Of a stretch of 64,000 nucleotides of DNA, positions 1-9,002 are shown one piece after another (positions within the stretch are counted from its first letter, which is position 1; every line of letters starts with the position of its first letter). The notes under the pieces are model-generated. The model did no database searches. It saw only the letters and a program-made list of their open reading frames with translations, and was not told the origin of the DNA. The stretch comes from an uncultured Gemmatimonadales bacterium (GTDB taxonomy: Bacteria; Gemmatimonadota; Gemmatimonadetes; Gemmatimonadales; Gemmatimonadaceae). The stretch is taken from NCBI GenBank assembly GCA_963850905.1, contig CAWKMU010000003.1, positions 2,720,001 through 2,784,000 on the forward strand, read 5' to 3'. The translations under genes and the position numbers were made by a program.

Positions 1-1987
1 TGTGCCGACCGATCGGATCCCGCCCGCCGAAGTGGCGCCGAGCCAATAGCTCGTCCACGACCGCAATCTTGACCGCGCGGCTGTCGTCGGTGGTGAGCAC
101 GCCGCGTCCGCGCAGCAGCTTGATGCCCATCGTGTGGAAGTAGGTCGGGGTCACCGTCATGACTAAGGCCATTGGTACGTGTGCCGCGTCCGGCAGCGGA
201 TCTCCAGCAATGGCGAATCCCTGCGTATCGTTGTTGTCGCTCGCGGGAACGTTCGAGGCAATGCCCGCTCCTGCGATTCCTGGTTGGTCGGACAGTGCGT
301 CGGCGAGTCGCGTGAAGAACGCGGACTGACGCTCGGGCGTGGGGTACTGAGCCGGGGGGAGAAGGATCTGTGCCGTGAGTACACCAGTCGGTCGGAACCC
401 TGGGTCCATACGACGGAGGTGCTCGACACTCTCGACCAGGAGGCCGGCCCCTGTTAGGAGCATGAGCGCGACGGCGATCTGGAACACGACCAGCACGTTT
501 TGGGTTCGCCGATGCTGGGTCGAGTTGGATGTCCGTGCTCCTTGCTTCAACACGTCGCTCAATTGCCCGCGCGATGCCTGCCAAGCGGGCGCGAGTCCGA
601 AGAGCAGTACTGTGCCAATCGCGATCAAGGCGCAGAAGGCGACGACACGACCGTCGAGACTGACCTCGTCGAGGCGCGGGAGCGACGTGGGAGCCAGCGT
701 ACGCAGCGCACGTACGCCCGCCGCTGCTACCGCGACGCCGAGCGCTCCCGCTGCGACATTCAGGATTCCGGCTTCAAAGACGTACTCGCGAATGAGCCGA
801 CTGCGGGTCGCCCCAAGGGCGCTCCGGAGAGCGATTTCGCGCTCGCGGGCGAGACATCGCACCAGAAAGAGATTGGCCAAGTTCGCGGCGCCGATCAGTA
901 GCACACACGCCGCGGCTGCCAGCAGCATGATCAACATGGGGCGCACATCGCCGACGATCTCATCGATGAGCGGGTGGACGACAACGGACAACCCCTTGTT
1001 TGTCATCGGATACGCGTGCCCGAGTCGATCGGCGATGACTTCGAGGTCCCGCTGTGCGTCCTCAGCTGTCACTCCGGCGGCGCGTCGGCCGTAGACCCCC
1101 AGGTCCTTATTGCCACGATTCGCCAGATCGGATGCAGTGAAGCTGAGACGCGTGTAGAGTTCCTCGCCTGGTGGTGAGGGGATGCCCGCAGGGGTCACGC
1201 CGACGATCGTGTAGGGCTGGTTGTCGAGGGTAAGTGTTTGGCCGAGGGCTGAGCGACTGCCTCCAAACCGTCGCTCCCACAAGCCGTGCCCGATCACGAC
1301 CTCTGGCGGTCCATTGGAATCCGCCGCCAGCGGGCGGCCGAGGACGGGCCTAACGCCCAGGACGGAGAAGTAGTTTGGAGTGACGGCTGCGGCGATCACG
1401 CGCTCGGGCTCCTCCTTTCCGGTCACCGTGAGTTGCTGAGGCAACTCGGCAGCCAAGGCTGGGAACGCGCGAGTTTGCGCTCGCAGATCGACATAGTCGG
1501 CGGGCGCGACGCCCAGAACTGGCAAGTTCGCCGACGGGTCGCTCTCCGAGATCAGGACCAGCTGGTTCGCGTCGCGGTATGGGAATGCCTTGAACAGCAC
1601 GGCGTCGACGAGGCCGAACACCGAGGCCGTCGCGCCAATGGCGATCGCGAGGGTGATGGTGACAGCAACCGTGAACATCGGGCTGCCACGCAACCGCCGG
1701 ATCGCATACCGCAGCTCAGTCCACCAACCGCTCCAGCGCTCCACTAGCGACACCCGTCGTAGCACTCGCTGGTCGATCGTTCGCAACCCGTCACGAACGG
1801 CGGCCAGATCGCCCATCTCTGTGAGAGCCTCCGCGGCCGCAGCCTCCTTTGGTACACCACGAGCAACGAGATCGTCGGTTCTGGCATCGAGGTGAAACCG
1901 GAGCTCGTCATCGACATCCGCGGCCACGTCGGCGCGCCAGAAGCGGAGGTATCGTCGCCAGTTCGGCTGTCGCGGAAAGGAACCCAT
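1..1987 (-). CDS. ADOP-family (MacB-like duplicated) ABC transporter permease, runs off the left edge
   Basis: Absent from the ORF track because there is no stop in the window. My translation from ATG 1987 reads MGSFPRQPNWRRYLRFWRADVAADVDDELRFHL...ELRYAIRRLRGSPMFTVAVTITLAIAIGATASVFGLVDAVL...ANLANLFLVRCLAREREIALRSALGATRSRL. The same frame gives VTPTYFHTMGIKLLRGR...RRHFGGRDPIG near position 1. Confidence 0.93.
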   Translation of the reverse strand, partial: MGSFPRQPNWRRYLRFWRADVAADVDDELRFHLDARTDDLVARGVPKEAAAAEALTEMGDLAAVRDGLRTIDQRVLRRVSLVERWSGWWTELRYAIRRLRGSPMFTVAVTITLAIAIGATASVFGLVDAVLFKAFPYRDANQLVLISESDPSANLPVLGVAPADYVDLRAQTRAFPALAAELPQQLTVTGKEEPERVIAAAVTPNYFSVLGVRPVLGRPLAADSNGPPEVVIGHGLWERRFGGSRSALGQTLTLDNQPYTIVGVTPAGIPSPPGEELYTRLSFTASDLANRGNKDLGVYGRRAAGVTAEDAQRDLEVIADRLGHAYPMTNKGLSVVVHPLIDEIVGDVRPMLIMLLAAAACVLLIGAANLANLFLVRCLAREREIALRSALGATRSRLIREYVFEAGILNVAAGALGVAVAAAGVRALRTLAPTSLPRLDEVSLDGRVVAFCALIAIGTVLLFGLAPAWQASRGQLSDVLKQGARTSNSTQHRRTQNVLVVFQIAVALMLLTGAGLLVESVEHLRRMDPGFRPTGVLTAQILLPPAQYPTPERQSAFFTRLADALSDQPGIAGAGIASNVPASDNNDTQGFAIAGDPLPDAAHVPMALVMTVTPTYFHTMGIKLLRGRGVLTTDDSRAVKIAVVDELLARRHFGGRDPIGRH

Positions 1988-2025
1988 TTGTGTGCTCGCT
2001 CTCGCGTCGCGAAATCGGCTGGGCG

Positions 2026-2094
2026 TCAGCCGCGCAAGACCAACAGGTCAAGGGTGCCTTGCAGAGTGTTGAGGCTGCGATCGGCGGAGCTCAC
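2026..2094 (-). pseudogene. Truncated PadR-family regulator (22-codon remnant)
   Basis: GTG-SSADRSLNTLQGTLDLLVLRG-stop matches the N-terminal LQGTLDLL(I/V)L motif of the PadR proteins that usually precede ADOP permeases. The rest of the wHTH is absent. Confidence 0.75.
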
Positions 2095-2100
2095 GCCGCC

Positions 2101-2130
2101 ATTATACCCTCGAGATGCTGATACAATCAA
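2101..2130 (-). promoter_or_regulatory. Sigma70-type promoter, probably leaderless, for the padR remnant and permease
   Basis: Minus strand reads TTGATT-N18-TATAAT-ggcggc-GTG. A perfect -10 lies 6 nt before the start codon. Confidence 0.6.
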
Positions 2131-2280
2131 GCCGGATCTTGATACAAACGAGCCCGCCATGGCCTCCGTGGCCTCCTGCGGAGGGCTCTCTACGTCCCCG
2201 TCCGGGCAGCTCCTTCGCGCAATGGGGATGTCACTCACGCCGCGCACATCAGGCGTCGACCCGGTCGCCGATCCCGGCGC

Positions 2281-2880
2281 TCACCCGAGGGAGTTGATCT
2301 CCATCTTCATCCACGGATGGACGCAGCACTGGAACTTCAACACGCCCGGGGTCTGGGAGAGGAGCAAAAGAACCTCACCACCGGGAGGGACGAGGAGCTC
2401 GGATTTGGGGATCGTACATTCCGGAGCCTCGGCCGGGGTGCCCGCAAGCTTGTTAAGCATGGGCACGAAGCCGCCGCCGAAACTCGTCACGCGCGTGAAG
2501 GTGTGGGCCTCGCCGCCCGTGTTGTACACGACAAGCTCTCTGCTAGACGTCGTGAGTAGCGTGGGGTTGATCCACCATCCTCGGACATTGTGATTCGTCT
2601 CGAGTTGCGCTAGGAAGTCCTGATACGGTACGCGACGCCCGACCGTAGGGACCGCGAGACAGTCGCCGCTGCTGACCGCGATGTTGAACGTGACCGGGTC
2701 GCACTGATCACGCAGGAAGATGGGGCCGTTGCCGTGCACCCAGGCAATGTGGTTCTCTCCTGCTGTTTCGGCGCGGACTGCCTTGGGAACCGTCGTGGGC
2801 GCCACGGCGCTAGGCGCGTCACAACCGGCAGCCACAAGTGCGACACCAAGGACAACGGCTCTCGTGCGCAATACGTCCAT
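2281..2880 (-). CDS. Cupredoxin (type-1 blue copper) lipoprotein
   Basis: Lipobox AAGC. AHTFT His plus C-terminal CCVHPWM (Cys-His-Met) copper ligands. RBS GGGAGG. Confidence 0.85.
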   Translation of the reverse strand: MDVLRTRAVVLGVALVAAGCDAPSAVAPTTVPKAVRAETAGENHIAWVHGNGPIFLRDQCDPVTFNIAVSSGDCLAVPTVGRRVPYQDFLAQLETNHNVRGWWINPTLLTTSSRELVVYNTGGEAHTFTRVTSFGGGFVPMLNKLAGTPAEAPECTIPKSELLVPPGGEVLLLLSQTPGVLKFQCCVHPWMKMEINSLG

Positions 2881-2892
2881 GTCGTCCTCCCT

Positions 2893-3032
2893 GCCTCACG
2901 TGGCATCGCAACTCCTCAGCTTGAGCGCGGACTCGACCATCGAGCCGCCCCGCGATACTACGACTGCCGTGATGGCAGCTCAAGCGAGCTAGACTGAGAG
3001 GTTGGTGCGGCAAGGCAAGGATGCCACGAGGC
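2893..3032 (-). ncRNA. Candidate structured cis-regulatory leader RNA
   Basis: Nested complementary arms: 2893-2907/3020-3032, ~2909-2919/2994-3004 and 2919-2926/2978-2985, plus two internal hairpins. The fold ends beside the cupredoxin RBS. Confidence 0.4.
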
Positions 3033-3124
3033 GCCAGGATCGCCGCGCTCGCGTCGACCGAGGTGGTTGAGGCTCAGACTTGCGACGCCGTGGGCCGATA
3101 GGTCAGCGTCGATCGCGCGACTAC

Positions 3125-3660
3125 CTATCGCCTGGCTGTCGGGGGGATATGGCCGTTCAGTCGGAGGTAAATCGCCATCTGGCTGTAGTGGTCGGCCCAG
3201 TCTTCTGTCCGCTCGCTCATGAGCGCCACCTGCGTCCACTTGACCCCGAAGCCCGTAACCTCCTGGCCAAGCTTGGAATCGTCGAGCTTGGCGAACACCT
3301 GGTCGCAGAGCGCGAAGGTGTCCTTCAGGCGTGCGACGAGCTTGTCCTTGTCATCCGTCGGTGTGAGTTTATCCCGCTCCGGCGCTTGCATACCCCCGAT
3401 CCCAGGGCACGCCAGGTCGTTGTCCGCCGCGACATGGAGCACCACCTGGCCAAACGTCATCTGCGGGGCCGTGGGCTTGAAGTTGTATTTGTCCGACGGC
3501 ATCTCCTCAGCGGCGGCCACGAGACGCTTCTCCATGTTGCTTTCCGTACTCCGGAACGCGTCCGCGAGGGCGCGTTGCCTGCGGGCGCGTTGGCCTGAGC
3601 AAGGCCGAGAGCTGGAACCAATGTGGTCGCCAAGAGCGCGACGATGGCGGGACGGCGCAT
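3125..3660 (-). pseudogene. Exported DinB-family protein with a 1-nt frameshift near 3568
   Basis: Signal peptide MRRPAIVALLATTLVPALGLAQA is in one frame. The DinB body (LVAAAEEMPSDKYNFKP..FGQVVLHVA..DHYSQMAIYLRLNG) is in another. Adding one C to a CCC run joins them. Confidence 0.8.
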
Positions 3661-3764
3661 GCGGTTACTCGAGGTGGGGAGGAGTGTAATCTGCCACGTC
3701 CGCGGGCTCCATGTCACGGGCCGTTATTGCAATTTTGACGTAAATGCGTCGGTCTGGGCTCGCC

Positions 3765-4992
3765 TCACTGGACCTGGATTGGCGCCGTCCACCGAAACGT
3801 CCCCCATTCCATCGTGAGCGCGCCACGAGCCTTTCCACTCGGGACGATCGAGATGGTGAACTTCTCGACTGGCGTTGCGAGCGTCCCGGTCGTCATGCGA
3901 GCCATGCCGACGTCGCGCGAGTTGTCGTACTCGGTGCCCCACTGCCCGCTCTGTCCGTTCACGATCAAATCGGCGCCCGTCGTGCGCGGAACAGTCCATA
4001 GCGAGTACGTCCCCGCAGGCATCTCTGATGCCGCCGAGGGTCATGGGCGCCGATGTCGTGAACTGCGTGGCGGCGTTGGCCCCCGTCCGCCACACGCGGT
4101 CGTATGGCAGAATGTTGCCTAGCAGCACGCGCCCGCGTACCAGGGGCCGGCCGTAATCGATGAGGAATGTCGCCTTGCCGATGCTGTCGCGCACCGTGTC
4201 CCGTACGCTGAGCTGCGTCACACCACTCTTCGCCTCGGCGGCCTCGAATCCGTTGGCAACCGCCCGGACGTCGGGAGGGTCCGACAGGCGGCTCACATCC
4301 ACCTTGTACGTCGTTCGGGCCCCCGAATAGCGCAGCATGTGGTCCGCGGAGTCGAGCGTCGCCTCTCCGATCCCGGCCAGCCAGTCGTGTTCGATCTCCG
4401 CTCTGCCACCGGCGAGCGGTCGCACCACGCCATGATGCAGCGGGAACCGGTCGAACTCCCGATCGATGTAGAATTGCCGCAGCTGCACTGTGTCACCAAT
4501 CGCGCGCTTCAATGCCCTCGCGCGCTCCATCGCCGCCGCGAAGTACAGCTCGTAGAGGCTGTACATCTGCGGGACATGGGCCATCGCCGTGCCGCCCTCG
4601 GTGGCGAATGCGCGCACGATCGTGCCCGTTCCATCCTGCTTTGAGACCCGCACCGAGTCCCTTGTGACGTCCGCTACGACCTGCCGGTGCTGTTGATTCG
4701 CCGGCTCACTCGGTGTGTAAATCTGCATGACGAGATGCCGGATGCCGCCGTCGGGGCGGAGCTCGATCTCGGTGTGCCGCTCGCGTACGCGCGGGAACCG
4801 GTCGACTGCATCGCTGGTCTCTGTGTTGCCTCGGCGCGTGACGCTCTCGACGGAGAGCGTGTCGCGGCCCAAGCGCGCGATGAACCCGTAGTGTTCGGCG
4901 GGGCCGGTGGGGCCGCAACCCAGGAATAGCAGTGTGGCGATAACGCAGTGTGTCGTCCGACGGCGGACGACGCGCTCGGTCCAATCAGGCAT
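3765..4992 (-). pseudogene. DUF2911-domain lipoprotein with a 1-nt frameshift near 4025
   Basis: Lipobox LGC. The DUF2911 motif IDYGRP..RGR..VWRTGANAAT continues after the shift as MPAGTYSLWTVP...GQWGTEYD...MEWG (ORF 3765..4022). Confidence 0.8.
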
Positions 4993-5333
4993 GGTGCCGT
5001 CCAGCGACGATTCGGGTTGAGAACGAAATCAGTGCGGAAACTAGGCTCCTGCGCGCGTCCGTTGCACGTGTCCGCGCGTCCGGGTTTGGTGAAACGTTGC
5101 GGGCGCTTCTGATGTCGCGGCGGCACTAACGCCCGTGGTTCTCGTTCCGTCCGTGGGGCTAGCGGGAGTCGCGACCCCGGCAACGCACAGCGCTCCTGCC
5201 CACACGCAGTCCGGGTGCGGCCGTGAATGAGCCCACACGCCAGTCACGGTCGTCATTCTTACTGACGCGAGCCGCTTTGTTTGCATGCCAAGGACCGTCG
5301 CGTGAACCGATCGATTGCCCTGAGCGAGTGACC

Positions 5334-5654
5334 ATGCCCAAAACCCCGACCGGCGAACCCTTCTTCCGGGTGATCTTTGCGTCGACGGACGACTTTCTGC
5401 TCGTCTCCGCCGCGCTGGCCAGCAAAGCGACCGCGGAGAAGGTCCGCGCTGCGCTGGCCGAGACGCCGCCGGCGATCGTCCTCGAGACGTCGCCGAACTC
5501 GCCTTCCCATCCAGTCTGGTTCGTGAATCGGGGCGGCCGGAGTCTCGTCCTCGAGCTGGGAAGGCCGGTGACGTTCAGCGAAGCGATTACCGAGCGGCAG
5601 TTGCCGCGGGGCCTTGCCACCCGTCTCGGGGAACATTGCCGCGCGGTGAGGTAG
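5334..5654 (+). CDS. Hypothetical protein (~106 aa)
   Basis: Fills the intergenic gap and has protein-like composition. No family recognised. The start may be upstream (ORF from 5223). Confidence 0.5.
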   Translation: MPKTPTGEPFFRVIFASTDDFLLVSAALASKATAEKVRAALAETPPAIVLETSPNSPSHPVWFVNRGGRSLVLELGRPVTFSEAITERQLPRGLATRLGEHCRAVR

Positions 5655-5664
5655 GCCGCCCAAA

Positions 5665-5699
5665 CGTCTAGCGCCCAGCGTCTAGCGTCTAGCGTCCAG
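5665..5699 (+). repeat. Heptamer tandem array (CGTCYAG)x5
   Basis: cgtctag cgcccag cgtctag cgtctag cgtccag. Contains the amidase stop codon. Confidence 0.85.
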
Positions 5700-7257
5700 C
5701 CAACCCCTGTGCCGCGCGGAACAGCGTCGCTTCGTCGAAGTGCCGGCCCACGAGCATCAGCCCCACGGGTAGGCCATCCACGGCGCCACAAGGGATGGTG
5801 AGCGCCGGGTGGCCCGATACGTCGAACGGGCAGGTGTTCTGCTGCATGTTGAGCGCGGCATCGACGTACAGCTCCCGCGGCGCGTCCGCAGGAGGGATTC
5901 GGGTGGCGGGGAAGGGGATCGTTGGCATCGCCAGGATGTCATGCGCCGCCAGCGCCGCGTCGTACGCCTGGCGCAAGAGCACGCGGATGTTCTGAGCCTT
6001 GGCGTGATATCGGTTGTGATACTTGCGGTGCATGTGCTCGCCCAGCAACAACACGAGCTTCACCGTCTCGGATACGCTGTCCGGCTGCGCTCTCCAGCCG
6101 TGCACAAACGCTTCCTGCAGCGATGTCGGGTAGTAGCCGGGCGCGTTGTTCCCCAGGGCGAATCCCTTGAGCATCATCTCGGCCGCACCCTCGACGATCA
6201 CGCCGGTCCAGATGTGGGGGCCGTCGTAGTGCATCGGGACCGACACGTCGGAGACGGATGCGCCACACGATCGGAATGCGCCAATGGCGTCGCGCACGAC
6301 ACGATCGGTTGCCGTCGATCGCGGGTCGCTTGTCGGGTGGCCAAACCCCTCGCGGAGTACGGCGATCCGGAGACCAGCGGGCGACGTCTGGAGTGCCCCC
6401 ATGTAATCGCCCACCACGGCATTCGCGGTGCGAGGGTCGTGCTCGTCGCGACCCGCAATGGCCGTGAGCAGCCGCGCAACGTTCTCCACGCTGTTGGCGA
6501 TCGGCCCGCAGTGGTCGACCGAATACGAGATCGGCATCCCACCCGTCATGGGTACGAGTCCCCACGTCGGCTTGAGCCCGTAGACGCCGCACCAAGCCGA
6601 TGGCGTGCGAATCGAGCCGCCCTGATCACCACCCAATGCCATCTCGACCTCTCCAGCTGCCACCAAGGCCGCGCTACCCCCTGACGACCCCCCGGCACTG
6701 AACGCAGGGTTGTGCGGATTGCGAATCGGGCCGGTCGCACACGTGTGACTCCCGGCCGAGAAGCAGAGATCCTCACACGCGGCCTTGCCCGCCACGTCTG
6801 CGCCCGCATCGAGCACGCGAGTGACCACGGTGGCGTCGACCTCCGGCGTGTAACCCTCGAGCCAGCGTGAGCCGTTCATCATCGGGACGCCGGCCACGCA
6901 GAGGTTGTCTTTCACAGCGATGCGGCGGCCGGCGAGGATGCCATGCGTCGCGCCCTTGATCTCCGACTTCCAATACCACGCGTTGAACGGGTTCTCCGCG
7001 GCGGACGGACGGTGCCCCGCCGAACGCGGATACTTGACCGGTAGCATTGGCTCCGGGATCTCGTCCAAACGATTGTACGAGCCGATCGCGCCGCGCATGA
7101 GATCGCGGAACGAGGCGGCGTCACTGGATGAAAGCGTCATGCCGAAGGATTCGGCAATGTCGAGGAGCTCGTGCTCGGTAGGCAGCTCCACCGGCACCGG
7201 CTCGCCACGCGGGCCCGTGTGTGCTGCGAGATCAGGCAGTTGCGATGTCTTGAGCAT
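5689..7257 (-). CDS. Amidase-signature family amidase
   Basis: AVKDN (Lys), GGSSGGS, GDQGGSIRTP (Ser-cisSer-Lys triad). True start is probably GTG 7197. Confidence 0.93.
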   Translation of the reverse strand: MLKTSQLPDLAAHTGPRGEPVPVELPTEHELLDIAESFGMTLSSSDAASFRDLMRGAIGSYNRLDEIPEPMLPVKYPRSAGHRPSAAENPFNAWYWKSEIKGATHGILAGRRIAVKDNLCVAGVPMMNGSRWLEGYTPEVDATVVTRVLDAGADVAGKAACEDLCFSAGSHTCATGPIRNPHNPAFSAGGSSGGSAALVAAGEVEMALGGDQGGSIRTPSAWCGVYGLKPTWGLVPMTGGMPISYSVDHCGPIANSVENVARLLTAIAGRDEHDPRTANAVVGDYMGALQTSPAGLRIAVLREGFGHPTSDPRSTATDRVVRDAIGAFRSCGASVSDVSVPMHYDGPHIWTGVIVEGAAEMMLKGFALGNNAPGYYPTSLQEAFVHGWRAQPDSVSETVKLVLLLGEHMHRKYHNRYHAKAQNIRVLLRQAYDAALAAHDILAMPTIPFPATRIPPADAPRELYVDAALNMQQNTCPFDVSGHPALTIPCGAVDGLPVGLMLVGRHFDEATLFRAAQGLAGR

Positions 7258-8953
7258 CGGCGCGGTCCAATTCCGTTGTGGAGGTCTTGCGCATCACGAA
7301 CTTCTGGATCTTGCCAGTCACCGTCATGGGAAACGCGTCGACGATCTTCAGGAATCGCGGGACCTTGTAGTCGGCGATCTTGCCCTTGCAGAATTGTTGG
7401 AGCTCCTCGAGCGACAGCCGTGTGCCGGGCTTGAGCTTCACCCAAGCGACGATCTCCTCGCCGTATCTGGCATCCGGCACCCCAATGATCTGGGCTTCGG
7501 TGATCTCCGGGCAGGAGTACAGGAAATCCTCGACTTCGCGGGGATAGACGTTCTCACCGCCGCGGATGATCACATCCTTCGCCCGTCCAGTGATCTTGAA
7601 GTACCCGCGCTCGTCGAGGACCGCGAGGTCACCCGTGTGCAGCCAGCCGTCCCCGTCGATCGCGGCCCGAGTCGCGTCCGGATCTCGGTAGTACCCCTTC
7701 ATGACCAGGTACCCGCGTGTGCACAACTCGCCGGGCGTCCCGACTGGGACGATGTGCCCGGTCTGTGGATCGATGACCTTCACCTCGGTGTGTGGCAGCG
7801 CTTTGCCCACCGTGGTACAGCGGACCTCGACCGGATCGTCCGTCGTCGTGAGCGTGATCACGGGAGACGCTTCGGTTTGTCCGTAGGCGATCGTCAACTC
7901 GCGACAGTGCATCTCGGCGACGACCCGCCGCATGATCTCGATCGGACACGGTGCGCCGGACATGATCCCCGTGCGCAGCGAGCGGAGATCGAACTCGTGG
8001 AACGTCGGATGGTTCAACTCGGCGATGAACATGGTTGGGACGCCGTGCACCGCCGTGCAGCGCTCGTCTTGAATTGCCTGCAACGTCGCGCCGGCGTCGA
8101 AGTGCGGAGCGGGCACGACCATGGTCGCACCCGTCACGACGCAGGCCATGTTCGCCAACACCATGCCGAAGCAGTGGTAGAAGGGGACAGGGATGCAGAG
8201 GCGGTCGTGACTCGTCAGCCGGAGTGCGTCCGCGATGAGGAGACCGTTATTGACGATGTTGTGGTGCGACAACGTCGCGCCCTTCGGGAAGCCGGTCGTC
8301 CCGGACGTGTATTGAATGTTGATCGCATCCGAACACGCGAGCGTCCCTTCTCGCCCCCGGAGGGCTCGCTCGGAGACGCGGGCGCCGGCGCGCAGGAGAT
8401 CATCCCAGGACAGCATGCCTCGGGGGGCGGCATCCCCGACGAAGACGACGTTGCGCAAGTGCGGGACTTGCTCCGACCGTGTCTGCCCAGCCTCACAGTG
8501 GTCGAGCTCGGGGCAGATCTCGCGAAGGATCGCGGGATAGGAAGCGTCGCGAAATCCGTCGATCAGGATCAGCGTCTGACACTCCGATTGCCGGAGCACG
8601 TACTCCAGCTCACGCGCGCGGTTCAACGGGTTGACGCTCACCAGTATCGCGCCGATTCTCGCCGTAGCGAACTGTGTGATGACCCACTCGGCCGAGTTCG
8701 TCGACCAGATGCCGACCCGGTCGCCGGCAGCAATGCCGAGACTCAGAAAGCCGCGGGCGGCCACGTCCACCGCGTCGTTGAGCGCGCGGTAGGAATACCG
8801 CTTGGCCTGATGCGACACGACGAGCCCGTCGCCGTCGGGAAACCGCGTCGCGGCATCGTCCAGCGCTTGGGCAATGCACATCTCCCGGAGCGGCGGAGTC
8901 GCACCTCCCTGCGTGTAACTCGACAGCTCGTTTGTGCCGACGGTCAGCGTCAT
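7232..8953 (-). CDS. AMP-binding acyl-CoA synthetase
   Basis: YTSGTTGFPKG P-loop, YGQTE, WLHTGD, GRAKDVIIRGGEN, TGKIQK. Confidence 0.95.
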   Translation of the reverse strand: MTLTVGTNELSSYTQGGATPPLREMCIAQALDDAATRFPDGDGLVVSHQAKRYSYRALNDAVDVAARGFLSLGIAAGDRVGIWSTNSAEWVITQFATARIGAILVSVNPLNRARELEYVLRQSECQTLILIDGFRDASYPAILREICPELDHCEAGQTRSEQVPHLRNVVFVGDAAPRGMLSWDDLLRAGARVSERALRGREGTLACSDAINIQYTSGTTGFPKGATLSHHNIVNNGLLIADALRLTSHDRLCIPVPFYHCFGMVLANMACVVTGATMVVPAPHFDAGATLQAIQDERCTAVHGVPTMFIAELNHPTFHEFDLRSLRTGIMSGAPCPIEIMRRVVAEMHCRELTIAYGQTEASPVITLTTTDDPVEVRCTTVGKALPHTEVKVIDPQTGHIVPVGTPGELCTRGYLVMKGYYRDPDATRAAIDGDGWLHTGDLAVLDERGYFKITGRAKDVIIRGGENVYPREVEDFLYSCPEITEAQIIGVPDARYGEEIVAWVKLKPGTRLSLEELQQFCKGKIADYKVPRFLKIVDAFPMTVTGKIQKFVMRKTSTTELDRADAQDIATA

Positions 8954-9002
8954 GCGCCGCCTCTCCGAGAACGCGAACCGCTTTTGTCCCTCTCCGTCCC
9001 GA

